This document shows, piece after piece, positions 1-9,171 of a DNA stretch of 58,020 nt (the stretch's first letter is position 1; each line of letters begins with the position of its first letter). The position numbers and the translations under genes were made by a program. Below the pieces are notes generated by a model. It made no database searches. It was given only the letters and a program-made list of their open reading frames with translations, and was not told where the DNA came from. Source of the stretch: Alphaproteobacteria bacterium (GTDB lineage Bacteria > Patescibacteriota > Minisyncoccia > Phycocordibacterales > JABAAK01); NCBI GenBank assembly GCA_030054135.1, contig JASGCN010000003.1, positions 27,758-85,777 of the forward strand, in the 5' to 3' direction.

Positions 1-54
1 TGTTCTCACACTGACGGCGATAGGTCGCGAGTTCGAGCCTCGCCCCCAGCACCA
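1..54 (+). tRNA. 3' fragment of a tRNA gene cut by the window edge; identity not determinable
   Basis: T-arm GCGAG-TTCGAGC-CTCGC at 27-43, acceptor 3' strand CCCCAGC 44-50, discriminator A51, encoded CCA 52-54. The ~26 nt before the T-stem do not fit a short variable loop, so possibly a class II tRNA. Confidence 0.7.
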
Positions 55-72
55 ACAATTACAATAAAGAAA

Positions 73-81
73 TGGTATTAT
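73..81 (+). promoter_or_regulatory. Putative extended -10 element (TGgTATTAT) placed for a leaderless glutaredoxin mRNA
   Basis: TGgTATTAT at 73-81, then 6 nt, then ATG at 88; no SD-like purine run between them. Confidence 0.45.
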
Positions 82-87
82 ACTTAT

Positions 88-324
88 ATGAATTTCATTC
101 TATACACAACAAGAGTTTGCCCTTATTGTGAAAAAGTTAAAAAAGTTATAAAAGATGAAGATATAAAAAATATTGAAATAAGAGACGCATCAAATCCAAC
201 TTTTCGTGAAGAACTTATTGAAAAAGGTGGTAAAACACAAGTTCCTTTTTTATGGGATATAAAAAAAGAAGAAGGAATACATGAAAGTGATGATATCATT
301 AAATACCTACGTGCTAATAAATAA
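88..324 (+). CDS. Glutaredoxin/NrdH-like small thiol-disulfide oxidoreductase
   Basis: 78-aa ORF with a CPYC active-site motif at residues 11-14 and thioredoxin-fold length; ATG start, TAA stop. Confidence 0.85.
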   Translation: MNFILYTTRVCPYCEKVKKVIKDEDIKNIEIRDASNPTFREELIEKGGKTQVPFLWDIKKEEGIHESDDIIKYLRANK

Positions 325-325
325 T

Positions 326-1216
326 CTATTCAAAAAAAGCTTTCACAATTCCCAAGTGTGTGTAAATTGCTTTTTCAATAATATCCTCTTTGGTACGAGC
401 TTGTGGCTCATAAATATATGCATACTCAATAAGTACTGATGGAACAGTTAATGAATTATTAGAGCCGAGTGCAATAAGTGATTGTGCTTCAATAAACCCT
501 CCGCGTTCTATTTTTAAAGAACTTGTAGGAAATGCGCTCATAAAAAGAGAATGTATTTTTTTACCGATATAATAGCTTTTTTCTGAATTGATAAGTTGTT
601 TTTCTGGCACATATATAGAAAAACCAGAATGCCTTCCTTTTTCATTATTGTCATATCTCGGATCACTATTATAATGAAGATGCAATATTAAGTCTATTTT
701 TTCTTCATTTGCCCACTTGTTTATTCCATAGAGTATTTTTGTTGTTCGTGTATTTGCTTTTGTATGCTCAACCGCGATATTTTCTACAATATTTCCTGTA
801 AGTAGTTTTCTTTTTGTATCAGCCCTTTTTTCAATAATAAATGCATTGATGGCATCAGATTCTTTTTCAAAATATTCTTTAAAAGCTTTTGTGTACTCAC
901 CAGTACTACAATCTCTTGTAATATAAACTGTAAATCGCGCATCATGATTAAATTGTTCAATAATTGCTTTTGCAAGTTCACAAGTAAGAACTGCTTCAGT
1001 AATTTCTAAATACTGTGCCCCCACATCAATATTGTCATGCCCAGGAACGATAAGAATATTTTTCTTTGGCCCCAAATATGGTGCGTTGAGGGCATCCTGC
1101 ACCTCAACCCGAAAAGCAATATCTTGTTTTTTTTCTCTTTTTAATTCTTCAATATTGTACCCAACAAGTACGATTGAAACAATCACAAGAAAACTGACCG
1201 CTACTATTTTTTTCAT
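326..1216 (-). CDS. N-acetylmuramoyl-L-alanine amidase (Amidase_3-like), N-terminally membrane-anchored
   Basis: 296-aa ORF. N-terminal hydrophobic segment, then LIVPGHDN..DVGA, LILHLHYNS and a C-terminal LIEYAYI block resembling the zinc-amidase family pattern. Confidence 0.7.
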   Translation of the reverse strand: MKKIVAVSFLVIVSIVLVGYNIEELKREKKQDIAFRVEVQDALNAPYLGPKKNILIVPGHDNIDVGAQYLEITEAVLTCELAKAIIEQFNHDARFTVYITRDCSTGEYTKAFKEYFEKESDAINAFIIEKRADTKRKLLTGNIVENIAVEHTKANTRTTKILYGINKWANEEKIDLILHLHYNSDPRYDNNEKGRHSGFSIYVPEKQLINSEKSYYIGKKIHSLFMSAFPTSSLKIERGGFIEAQSLIALGSNNSLTVPSVLIEYAYIYEPQARTKEDIIEKAIYTHLGIVKAFFE

Positions 1217-1273
1217 ACACCAGTATACAAATTATATATACAAAAAAATAGTTTTACTATATTATTGAGGTAT

Positions 1274-1346
1274 GGGCAGTTAGCTCAGTTGGTAGAGCAT
1301 CTCCTTGACGTGGAGAGGGTCAGGGGTTCAAGTCCCTTACTGCCCA
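1274..1346 (+). tRNA. tRNA-Val (anticodon GAC)
   Basis: Full cloverleaf by hand: acceptor GGGCAGT/ACTGCCC, D-arm GCTC-AGTTGGTA-GAGC, anticodon arm TCTCC-TTGACGT-GGAGA, T-arm AGGGG-TTCAAGT-CCCTT, discriminator A. CCA not fully encoded (ACCT). Confidence 0.9.
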
Positions 1347-1365
1347 CCTATTTTTAATATATATA

Positions 1366-3126
1366 TTATCTATCGGGTGTGATTTGGTAATAATCAATTA
1401 AGAAAGATGACAACTTGCCAAACGGTTCTCCGAACACTCGAGATGCGATGAGACCGTTCTCGGGATTTTCAGTGTAAAAAAATATCAAACTGTGAGGATT
1501 TTTTGCTGGGAACCACGCTACATATGTATCGAATACTTTTTCAGTGTCTATTTTTCCGTTTTTGTACGTAACAGCGGTTCCTGTTTTTGCAGAAATGCTG
1601 TAATGTTTTTTTCCGTACAATTGTCCGATGGCAGAATAATCAAATGCTTTTACTAATGTATCATTAACCGCGTCTACGGTTTCTTTACGCAACAACTGCT
1701 CTTTCAAAAAATCTTTATTATGCAATTCATGTATCTCACCTTGGTCTGTTAAAATATACTCCCCGACATACGGAACAATACGAAAACCACCATTAGCAAA
1801 AGGTGCGAATAATCTCACAGCTGAAATTGGACTCAACGCAATACCATGCCCGTACGAAGCAGTAGCGTATTCAATAAATCGCTTGGTGTTTAAATTATTT
1901 ATGTTGTCATATGCTTCATTTGGTAAATCAATACCTGTTTGGTCTCCTATTCTAAAACTAGCAAGAAAGTTTTTATACGAAAGGGCTCCAATGCTTTTCA
2001 TCATTTCTATTGCCCCAGTATTTAATGATTCTTGTATAACAGTTTGATATGTTGTTTCAGGCCCTCTTCCTTTCCCATCAAAATTACGAATTGTGCTTGC
2101 TTCTATTTTGATAAAACCTTTATCATTGTATGTTGTTTGTGCGGTAAAACTTCCTTTCTCCAAACCTATCCCGAAGGTAAACACTTTAAGTACTGACCCT
2201 AATTCAAAAGTATTTTCAATATTCGGATTTCTATACACATTGTAATCTGTTACATCGATATAATTATTTGGGTCAAAATATGGGTACCCCGCCATCGCTC
2301 GTATTGCTCCAGTTTTAGGATTAATAACAATTCCGCCACTTAATTTTGAATTATGATTTTTATGCATCGAAATAATCACCTCTTCTAATTTTTTCTGTAC
2401 ATTAATATCAATTGTTGTCACCAAAGAACCTTGGGGAGTGTTATTTTCAAAATTATTTTTCTTTTCTTTGTTTTGTTTTAAAGTAATATTTTTAAAAATT
2501 TGCGTAAAAGATGCCCCGCTACTGTTCCCTTGTCTGAGGATATGTTCATACGATCGCTCAAGCCCGTATGCGCCACGCAATATTTCTGTTGATACATCAG
2601 GAGCAGCAAACCCCAGCAAATGTGAACCTAGCTCTTTATTGGGGTAGAGTCTAATTGGCTTTTTTTGAAGTTTTATACCAGAAAGCGCATATGTTTTTTT
2701 TACTTCTTTGTAATAATTAAAATCTTCTTGTGTTACATTTTTTATCAATAAATGACTTATTCCTTTTTTGTTAAAATATTCATTAAATTCATTAAAAGAA
2801 ATTTTTAATATACCTTTCAAATTTTCATATATTTCATCTCTGTCTACCACTTGTACAGGGGTAAGCCACAATTCATATCTCTCACCCAGAATTGCCGCTG
2901 GTTCTACACCACCGTATTTATTTTGAAAAAAAATCCAACCTCTCGTAAGTATTGATTGACTCGGAGTAATGGTAGATATCGTTGGGTTGTGTTGAATAAC
3001 TGCTATAGAAAAAACTATACCTAATATAATTATCAATAATCCAAAATAAATACCAAAATAAATATATGGCAATTTATATATTTTTCTCATTTCTTCAAAA
3101 TGAAAATTTTTTGAAAAATCTCCCAT
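1366..3126 (-). CDS. ftsI: Class B penicillin-binding protein, FtsI-type transpeptidase
   Basis: SxxK (SVLK), SxN (SLN) and KTG (KTGTA) motifs after an N-terminal TM helix; last gene of mraZ-rsmH-ftsL. The track ORF extends to a GTG at 3186; the ATG at 3126, 17 nt after the ftsL stop, is preferred. Confidence 0.85.
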   Translation of the reverse strand: MGDFSKNFHFEEMRKIYKLPYIYFGIYFGLLIIILGIVFSIAVIQHNPTISTITPSQSILTRGWIFFQNKYGGVEPAAILGERYELWLTPVQVVDRDEIYENLKGILKISFNEFNEYFNKKGISHLLIKNVTQEDFNYYKEVKKTYALSGIKLQKKPIRLYPNKELGSHLLGFAAPDVSTEILRGAYGLERSYEHILRQGNSSGASFTQIFKNITLKQNKEKKNNFENNTPQGSLVTTIDINVQKKLEEVIISMHKNHNSKLSGGIVINPKTGAIRAMAGYPYFDPNNYIDVTDYNVYRNPNIENTFELGSVLKVFTFGIGLEKGSFTAQTTYNDKGFIKIEASTIRNFDGKGRGPETTYQTVIQESLNTGAIEMMKSIGALSYKNFLASFRIGDQTGIDLPNEAYDNINNLNTKRFIEYATASYGHGIALSPISAVRLFAPFANGGFRIVPYVGEYILTDQGEIHELHNKDFLKEQLLRKETVDAVNDTLVKAFDYSAIGQLYGKKHYSISAKTGTAVTYKNGKIDTEKVFDTYVAWFPAKNPHSLIFFYTENPENGLIASRVFGEPFGKLSSFLIDYYQITPDR

Positions 3127-3142
3127 ACCGTATAATACTTGA

Positions 3143-3481
3143 TTATCTGGTAGACGTTCTGATACTGACTTCTTCAGATTGCCCACTCACAATAAGTTTT
3201 ACAGTAGAATTATTTTCACTTTGTATGCTTGTAAAAACAGTGCGTTCAGTTGATATAAATTTTTTATCCACTTGGTTTGCTTTATTTGAATAATACACAG
3301 CCCCATAAGAAGATGCGTACGAAACAATAATTGCCCCTGTTAAAAAAAGTACAACAACATTTAAAGAAATCGATAACACTGTATCCATTAAAAACTCCTG
3401 TACACGACTTACTTTTTTTGCAATAACACTGGGGCTGAAAAGCATTGTATTATTTGCTATCATTTCTTTTGTTAATTTCAT
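3143..3481 (-). CDS. ftsL: Small bitopic membrane protein in the FtsL position of the dcw cluster
   Basis: 112-aa ORF with one TM helix (LNVVVLFLTGAIIVSYA), between rsmH and ftsI; ATGA overlap with the rsmH stop. Assignment is positional only. Confidence 0.5.
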   Translation of the reverse strand: MKLTKEMIANNTMLFSPSVIAKKVSRVQEFLMDTVLSISLNVVVLFLTGAIIVSYASSYGAVYYSNKANQVDKKFISTERTVFTSIQSENNSTVKLIVSGQSEEVSIRTSTR

Positions 3482-4377
3482 ATAGTGTGTACACGAAATG
3501 CCCGCAATGTTGCGCTTCGCGATCTAGGGTTTTTTTTCTGTTCTTGTAAAGATGGATGGGCTACTCGAACAATATAATTTCCTATTCCTTCTTTTTTCCA
3601 CATATGCATATAATCTTTTACCAATCTATCTTCCAAACTGTGGAATGTAATCGTAGCGATTACACCTCCATGTTCAATTTTTTTCAGCACTTCATCGAAA
3701 AATAATTGCATTGATTCTAATTCTTGGTTTACTACCATTCTTAAAGCTTGAAATACTTTTCGAGCTGGATCATTGGTGTAGTATGTGTTACTGTTCTGAA
3801 CTCCAACCGCATGACAAATGATATTTCTTAATTCTCCAGTGGTTGATATTCTTTTCTTTTTTCGAGCTTCTATTATTTTTTTTGCTATAAGCCCAGCCTT
3901 TTTTTCTTCTCCATACACTTGAAATATATTTTTTAATGTATCTTCTTGCCATACATTTACTACTTCTGCTGCTGTTAATTCTGCAGTATTTGAATCAGCG
4001 TATGTCATAAGCAATGGTTCGTTTTTCATATAACTAAACCCTTTCCCTGAATCAAGATCATGACTCCCAAATCCAAAATCAAGTAATATGCCCCCCAAGC
4101 TTTTTGTTTCACACGCTTGGATTGCTTGCGCATATGATGCACATAAATACGATATATTTTTATGCCCATTACAATTCTTTTTTGCAATTTTTATTGCATT
4201 TGGATCAATATCACACCCGATATATGTTTTAGGAGTATACATCGAAAGAAGTGCATTCGCATGCCCGCCAAGTCCAATGGTTCCATCAAACCAGAGAGTT
4301 AAAGGAGCTTGCGCGAATACACTAGTTACCTCTTTCACAAGAACTGGAATATGCTTTATGTTAGTAGTATTAGACAT
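3478..4377 (-). CDS. rsmH: 16S rRNA (cytosine1402-N4)-methyltransferase RsmH/MraW
   Basis: 299-aa ORF; SAM-binding DGTIGLGGH near the N-terminus and overall MraW-like sequence; follows mraZ with an 8-nt overlap. Confidence 0.9.
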   Translation of the reverse strand: MSNTTNIKHIPVLVKEVTSVFAQAPLTLWFDGTIGLGGHANALLSMYTPKTYIGCDIDPNAIKIAKKNCNGHKNISYLCASYAQAIQACETKSLGGILLDFGFGSHDLDSGKGFSYMKNEPLLMTYADSNTAELTAAEVVNVWQEDTLKNIFQVYGEEKKAGLIAKKIIEARKKKRISTTGELRNIICHAVGVQNSNTYYTNDPARKVFQALRMVVNQELESMQLFFDEVLKKIEHGGVIATITFHSLEDRLVKDYMHMWKKEGIGNYIVRVAHPSLQEQKKNPRSRSATLRAFRVHTI

Positions 4378-4795
4378 GGTTGTGTGTTAATATTGAATCT
4401 TGATTTTTCTCTAACATTTTTTGGTATTCTTTCCATTTTTTTGAATTCCATATTTCTATACGAGATTGCACACCAACCAATGCTACTTCATCTTCAATGT
4501 CTGCAAAAGAGCATAAGTGTTCAGGAATGAGTATTCTCCCCAATGAATCTATTTCAACTTGATCAGCGCCTGTGTACATAAATCTGCTTAAATTACGATT
4601 CTCTGTGCTTTTTGTTGGGTCAGAAGAAATTGTTTCGGTCATTGTATTCCATGCTTCTGGCGCGTACAAAAAAATACATTTATCAATACCCCGCGCAATG
4701 ATGACATTTTTCTTTAATAATTTTCTCATTTTCATTGGCAATGACACACGCCGCTTTGGGTCAAGAATGTGATAGTAAGTTCCGATAAACATCAT
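4370..4795 (-). CDS. mraZ: Transcriptional regulator MraZ
   Basis: 141-aa ORF with the duplicated DxxxR signature (LDPKRRVSLP and IDSLGRILIP); first gene of the dcw cluster; two tandem ATGs at 4795 and 4792. Confidence 0.9.
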   Translation of the reverse strand: MMFIGTYYHILDPKRRVSLPMKMRKLLKKNVIIARGIDKCIFLYAPEAWNTMTETISSDPTKSTENRNLSRFMYTGADQVEIDSLGRILIPEHLCSFADIEDEVALVGVQSRIEIWNSKKWKEYQKMLEKNQDSILTHNHV

Positions 4796-4809
4796 AGTAT
4801 TTTAAGCAG

Positions 4810-4857
4810 TACCACTTTGTACCACTTAATTCCATTCTATACCACTTCTTCCCACTA
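4810..4857 (-). promoter_or_regulatory. Putative MraZ operator: five direct repeats phased at exactly 10 bp
   Basis: Plus-strand TACCACTT at 4810, 4820 and 4840; degenerate TTCCATTC at 4830 and TCCCACTA at 4850. In mraZ orientation the unit is AAGTGGTA, containing the GTGG core of MraZ boxes. It lies 15-65 nt upstream of the mraZ ATG. Confidence 0.6.
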
Positions 4858-4878
4858 TGCAAGTATCTTATACACAAC

Positions 4879-4905
4879 AAAAAAGACCTGCAATAGGTCT
4901 TTTTT
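4879..4905. terminator. Bidirectional intrinsic-terminator-like hairpin between greA and the mraZ promoter region
   Basis: AAAAAAGACCT-gcaat-AGGTCTTTTTT: GC-containing core stem with an A-run and a T-run, so a U-tract follows the stem on either strand. Starts 21 nt after the greA stop. Confidence 0.6.
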
Positions 4906-4925
4906 GTACACGAATTAAAATAACG

Positions 4926-5378
4926 TTATTGTATTTTTTTAATAATCATTGTTATCTTTTTATTAGGTAATACTACTTCCACGCTATCCCCTAGTTTTTT
5001 CCCTAATAACGCAAGTGTAATTGGAGCATCATGCAACAGAGGAATTGCATTTTTTATCTTAGGATTTGGATGCCCTATTGCAAAAATCTCAGTTTTCCCA
5101 TTTTTTTCTACTGTCACATATGATCCAATACCTACTATGTTTTTTTCATGACTTTCAGAAACTTCTGATACTTGTAGGATTCGTTCAATTTCTAGAATAC
5201 GATTCTCTAGGTCAGCTTGGTCTTCGCGCGCTGCATCGTATTCAGAATTTTCAGAAAGATCTCCCAATGAACGAGCATGCTGTAAGCGAACAATAATAGC
5301 CGGTCGTTTTATTTCAATGAGTTCTTTTAGCTCAACAGCAAGATCCTTGTACTCATCAGGAGTAATAATTGCTTTCAT
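4926..5378 (-). CDS. greA: Transcription elongation factor GreA
   Basis: 150-aa ORF; N-terminal coiled-coil with RSLGDLSENSEYDAARE, C-terminal globular domain. Confidence 0.9.
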   Translation of the reverse strand: MKAIITPDEYKDLAVELKELIEIKRPAIIVRLQHARSLGDLSENSEYDAAREDQADLENRILEIERILQVSEVSESHEKNIVGIGSYVTVEKNGKTEIFAIGHPNPKIKNAIPLLHDAPITLALLGKKLGDSVEVVLPNKKITMIIKKIQ

Positions 5379-5386
5379 ACAAAATT

Positions 5387-5395
5387 ATTATAGCA
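5387..5395 (-). promoter_or_regulatory. Putative extended -10 element (TGcTATAAT) for greA
   Basis: Reverse complement of 5387-5395 reads TGCTATAAT; 8 nt separate it from the ATG at 5378; no SD. Confidence 0.5.
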
Positions 5396-5415
5396 CATTT
5401 TTTAAAAAATAATAG

Positions 5416-7083
5416 TTATTGTGGTGATATATATTCAGGAGCCTCTATAAGAATTGTATCAAAAAACAGCCTTGCTGCTGTCGCGGCACCCCCTTCAGTA
5501 CCTGATTCCATTAAGAATACAAATGCATATCGTGGTTTTTCATACGGATAAAATCCTATCACTAATGAGTTTGTTAATCCTTTGGTGTCAATTTGTGCTG
5601 TACCTGATTTAACTGCAATTGAAACATACCCAACATTGAGTGGTGTTGCCGTACCTGTAGTTACTGCATGACGCATTCCTTTATGAACTGCAGTATACCA
5701 ATTATTTGCGTATGGAAGATTTTTTCTTGACCCAATTGTATCTTTTTTAAAATGAGGTTCCACCAATATACCACGAGATGCAATTGATCCTATCGCACGA
5801 AGCAATTGAAGTGGGGTTACTTGCCAGCCGTACTGCCCAATGACAGTGTTATAGGTATCTCCAACTCTCCAAAAATCATTAAATATATCTTCTTTCCATT
5901 TTTGATTTGGCACTACTCCGAATGGCTCAGGAGCAATACCGAGAGAAGTTTGTTTTTCAAAACCAAACAAATGAGATATTTCATATAGTTTGTCTATTCC
6001 CAACCCTCTGAAAGATTCAAATCCACCTCCTACATGATAAAAGAAAATATTTGATGAAAATCCAAGCGCTTCAATCACACTGATGTTCCCTCTCGCACGA
6101 TATTCTTTGTATTTATATGTGATCTTTTTGTCAAATGGAGAAACTATTTCAATATATGGAACACTATTGATTATGGTAGTTGGAGTGATTATTTTTTCAT
6201 GCAAAGCCGCTACAGCGAAAAATGGTTTGATTGAAGACCCTGGTGTGTACAAACCAGAAACAGCCCTATTTAATAAACTTTTTTTCTTACTATGGATTAT
6301 TTTTTCTTTTTCTTTTGAAGATCCATTCGCAAAAATATTTGCATTGTATGATGGATAACTTGCAAGCCCAAGCAATTCACCTGTTTCAATATCCATCAAT
6401 GCTCCAGCGCCTCCCGCAAAATTATTTTGTTCGACGATTGTTCCTGTTGCGCGATATAAAGCGGATTGAATTTTAGAATCAATAGATAAAAATATATCTT
6501 CCCCGTCGATTGGTTTGGTATAAAAAATCTTTTGTTTCACCCCTCCTGACGCATCACGCTCTTGTGCTAAGATTCCAGGAGTTCCTTGTAGAAATTTATT
6601 GTACGCGTACTCAATCCCAGAGGTTCCAACAGTGTGTTCTATGTAATAATACCCAGAAGTATCTTTTTGAGGATACTGCACAGATCCAAGTAAATTGCCG
6701 AATGCCTCTCCAGCGTACACCCGCTTCCCATATGGGTGTTCATCGCTAGAAATGTTTTCAGCAAGCACTATTCCATTTCTATCAAAAATAGTCCCCCGTT
6801 TTGCAAACGCAATTTCTTTTTTGTATATATTTTTATATTCTAATAAATCATAATTACTTCCTTCAATTATTTGTAAGCGATATACCGCATATATGATTGT
6901 TATAAAAAAAAATAAAATTACTGTGACCCCTGTTAATAGATACTTTTTAGAAATAGCATTTGAAACTTTTCCTTCTCCTTGTTTAACATCAAATATTCTT
7001 TTTGCATATGTGTCTGATATTGTTTGTGCAAGTGAAAGGTTTGGTCGTTCGTATTTTTTATTTTTAAAGACTTTAAATATCAT
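5416..7083 (-). CDS. mrdA: Penicillin-binding protein 2 (elongation-specific transpeptidase)
   Basis: 555-aa ORF with SxxK (SSIK), SxN (SSN) and KSG (KSGTA) motifs and an N-terminal TM helix; directly follows mreB-mreC-mreD. Confidence 0.85.
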   Translation of the reverse strand: MIFKVFKNKKYERPNLSLAQTISDTYAKRIFDVKQGEGKVSNAISKKYLLTGVTVILFFFITIIYAVYRLQIIEGSNYDLLEYKNIYKKEIAFAKRGTIFDRNGIVLAENISSDEHPYGKRVYAGEAFGNLLGSVQYPQKDTSGYYYIEHTVGTSGIEYAYNKFLQGTPGILAQERDASGGVKQKIFYTKPIDGEDIFLSIDSKIQSALYRATGTIVEQNNFAGGAGALMDIETGELLGLASYPSYNANIFANGSSKEKEKIIHSKKKSLLNRAVSGLYTPGSSIKPFFAVAALHEKIITPTTIINSVPYIEIVSPFDKKITYKYKEYRARGNISVIEALGFSSNIFFYHVGGGFESFRGLGIDKLYEISHLFGFEKQTSLGIAPEPFGVVPNQKWKEDIFNDFWRVGDTYNTVIGQYGWQVTPLQLLRAIGSIASRGILVEPHFKKDTIGSRKNLPYANNWYTAVHKGMRHAVTTGTATPLNVGYVSIAVKSGTAQIDTKGLTNSLVIGFYPYEKPRYAFVFLMESGTEGGAATAARLFFDTILIEAPEYISPQ

Positions 7084-7370
7084 ATAATTCTTTGTTTATG
7101 AAAGATGTAGAATATGAATGGTACCCCCCACACATATATATATTCATACTTAAATATAAAAAACCAAGATTCAATTAAAAAAGAAAATGGCTCGTGTATT
7201 GAAAATGCAATTAATGATATAAAAAAAGAAGACCATACATTTCCAAACCATATTCCCACTACAACAAATAGGAATAGGAATATTTTTGGAAAAAATAAAA
7301 TAACCCATACACCGAATAAAATAAACAATACCCGCTCTAGAATAAAAGAAAAAAAAATCGTGCTGCTCAT
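7080..7370 (-). CDS. mreD: Polytopic membrane protein in the MreD position
   Basis: Very hydrophobic ORF between mreC and mrdA. The track ORF (to 7481) starts at TTG and overlaps mreC by 110 nt; the ATG at 7370 lies 1 nt after the mreC stop. ATGs at 7397 and 7391 are alternatives. Positional assignment. Confidence 0.45.
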   Translation of the reverse strand: MSSTIFFSFILERVLFILFGVWVILFFPKIFLFLFVVVGIWFGNVWSSFFISLIAFSIHEPFSFLIESWFFIFKYEYIYVWGVPFIFYIFHKQRII

Positions 7371-7371
7371 A

Positions 7372-7974
7372 TTATTTTTTCGTGTATACATACCCATCCA
7401 AAAAAGGATTAAAATCAATTGCAACCACGAGTATTTGTTCTGTACTTTGATTTGTTGGCAAAATTTCTTCCACAGTACCAATTAAAAGTCCTGTTTCTTG
7501 CTCATACACTGGGTCACCTCTTTCAAAAGAAATTGCTCGAGGAACAATTACATACACAATACCCCCGCCCTTTGGTATTCCAATAAAACTTTTTTCTCTA
7601 ACCCCAACGTAAAATGATGTTCTTTCAGATGAAAGAAGAGAGACCAATGCTTTATTAGTGCCTTCAACATAACTTATAAATCCAATCAAACGCCCTCGAT
7701 TACTTAGCACAGGTTTTTTTGAATACAATGCATGTGCGATATCACTATAGACAATAACACTATCATCTTTTATTTGTGGCGGACGGAGCAATACACGCAA
7801 CAAAAAATACTCCCCAGATATTGTTTCAATTTTTGTTGGTTCTCCATCGAAATTTTTTACTTCTTCAAAAAATTTTAATGCTGGCCAAAACCATACTTTT
7901 GGTATAAAAAATAAAAAAATACTAGCCACAATTAAAATAACAAAAATAAACACTCGTGTTGATAAAATTTTCAT
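7372..7974 (-). CDS. mreC: Rod shape-determining protein MreC (short form)
   Basis: 200-aa ORF with an N-terminal TM helix and a beta-rich C-terminal domain (GIPKGGGIVYV..); lies between mreB and mreD. Confidence 0.75.
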   Translation of the reverse strand: MKILSTRVFIFVILIVASIFLFFIPKVWFWPALKFFEEVKNFDGEPTKIETISGEYFLLRVLLRPPQIKDDSVIVYSDIAHALYSKKPVLSNRGRLIGFISYVEGTNKALVSLLSSERTSFYVGVREKSFIGIPKGGGIVYVIVPRAISFERGDPVYEQETGLLIGTVEEILPTNQSTEQILVVAIDFNPFLDGYVYTKK

Positions 7975-7980
7975 ATACTA

Positions 7981-9171
7981 TTAAGAAATAGTGCTAGGCG
8001 CCGACACATACTCCTTGTAACGTTCAGGATCTTGGAGTATTCGTGTTAACCCTTGTGCGACTATTGTTGATGGGTGATCAACAGTAACGATTTCCGTGTG
8101 CAGTGTTAATTCGAGTAATTTTTTTATACCGGCTACATGAGACCCTCCACCTATCAAAAAAACTGCTTGTTCTTGAATATCCGCTTGAACTTCAGCAGGA
8201 GCAGTATTTATAAATTGTGCGATGTCTCGAACAATTTCTTTAACCAGTGGATATAATAATTTTTGTACTTCATGAGCGCGCATATCTATTTCTAATGGAA
8301 GACCGGTTTCAGTACTTTTCCCTCTAACAATAAACCGCTTTGTTTGGGAGTGCTCTTGCATAACGGCAATTTTTAAATCTTCAACTGTACGAGATCCTAT
8401 CAAAATCGCGTATTTATCACGAAGTGATTTTTGCAATAACACATTAAAATCATTTCCTGCTTTTGGAATTGAAATTTGTTGTAGTATTTCTCCTCCTGAG
8501 GTTATAACTGAAGACGTTATCCCCCCACCAATATCAATAACACAGTACGAATGAGGCGCCCAAATGTCTACACCAAGCCCTATAAGAGCTGCTATACCGC
8601 TATGCACACATGCTATATTTCTTGCTCCCGCGCTTATAAGAGCATCGTGATATGCTTGTAATTCTATAGATCGTATTGCTGGAGGCACAGAAGCGATGAC
8701 AAATGGCCCAATATACTTTGGAGATAAAATATTTGCTTGCCGAAGGATATGAGCGAGCATTTGTTCTGCAATGGAGAAATCTGCAAGTACCCCTCTTTTA
8801 ATTGGCTCAATCACAGAAAGATTCAAAGGAGTTCTCCCTGTCATTCGTTTTGACTCATTCCCAATTGAAATTATTTGCTTGGTATCGTTATTGATTGTTG
8901 CTGTACTTGTTTCTTTCATAATACATTCACTTCCATTAAGAAAGGCTAATGTTTTTGTTGACCCAAAATCAATTGCAATAGTATTGCTAAATCTTGCAAT
9001 AAAAGTTTCGAGCCACGTTTTTTTTGAGTGCATTTGTTCTTTTTGATATGAATGTGTATTAGAGTTATGTGGGAAAGAAGTATCTGTCAATGGTGTTGAT
9101 TCATTTACAAAAAAATTTTGAATTGAGTCTTCCAAAAAATCTATTTTTTCTTGAGGAATTGTCTTTTTCAT
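7981..9171 (-). CDS. mreB: Actin-like rod-shape protein MreB with a ~60-aa N-terminal extension
   Basis: Phosphate-1 IAIDFGSTKT, phosphate-2 VIDIGGGITS, adenosine motif LIGGGSHVAGI. ATGA overlap with the frr stop supports the long start; an internal ATG at 9033 is an alternative. Confidence 0.9.
   Translation of the reverse strand: MKKTIPQEKIDFLEDSIQNFFVNESTPLTDTSFPHNSNTHSYQKEQMHSKKTWLETFIARFSNTIAIDFGSTKTLAFLNGSECIMKETSTATINNDTKQIISIGNESKRMTGRTPLNLSVIEPIKRGVLADFSIAEQMLAHILRQANILSPKYIGPFVIASVPPAIRSIELQAYHDALISAGARNIACVHSGIAALIGLGVDIWAPHSYCVIDIGGGITSSVITSGGEILQQISIPKAGNDFNVLLQKSLRDKYAILIGSRTVEDLKIAVMQEHSQTKRFIVRGKSTETGLPLEIDMRAHEVQKLLYPLVKEIVRDIAQFINTAPAEVQADIQEQAVFLIGGGSHVAGIKKLLELTLHTEIVTVDHPSTIVAQGLTRILQDPERYKEYVSAPSTIS

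Noticed and set aside
1-54. Possible tmRNA 3' end (T-arm plus ACCA at the window edge)
   Set aside because: A tmRNA acceptor 3' strand should pair with a GGGGCUG-type 5' end through a G3:U70 pair. Here the 3' strand is CCCCAGC, which implies 5' GCUGGGG, so an ordinary tRNA is more likely.
3127-3186. N-terminal extensions in the ORF track that begin at GTG or TTG: ftsI 3186, mreD 7481, dnaG 13473, 21911, 25520, 39310, 40007, 42870, 44504
   Set aside because: Each creates a long overlap with the upstream gene or adds non-homologous residues. An in-frame ATG just downstream gives the canonical N-terminus and usually has the -10-like element at 5-9 nt.
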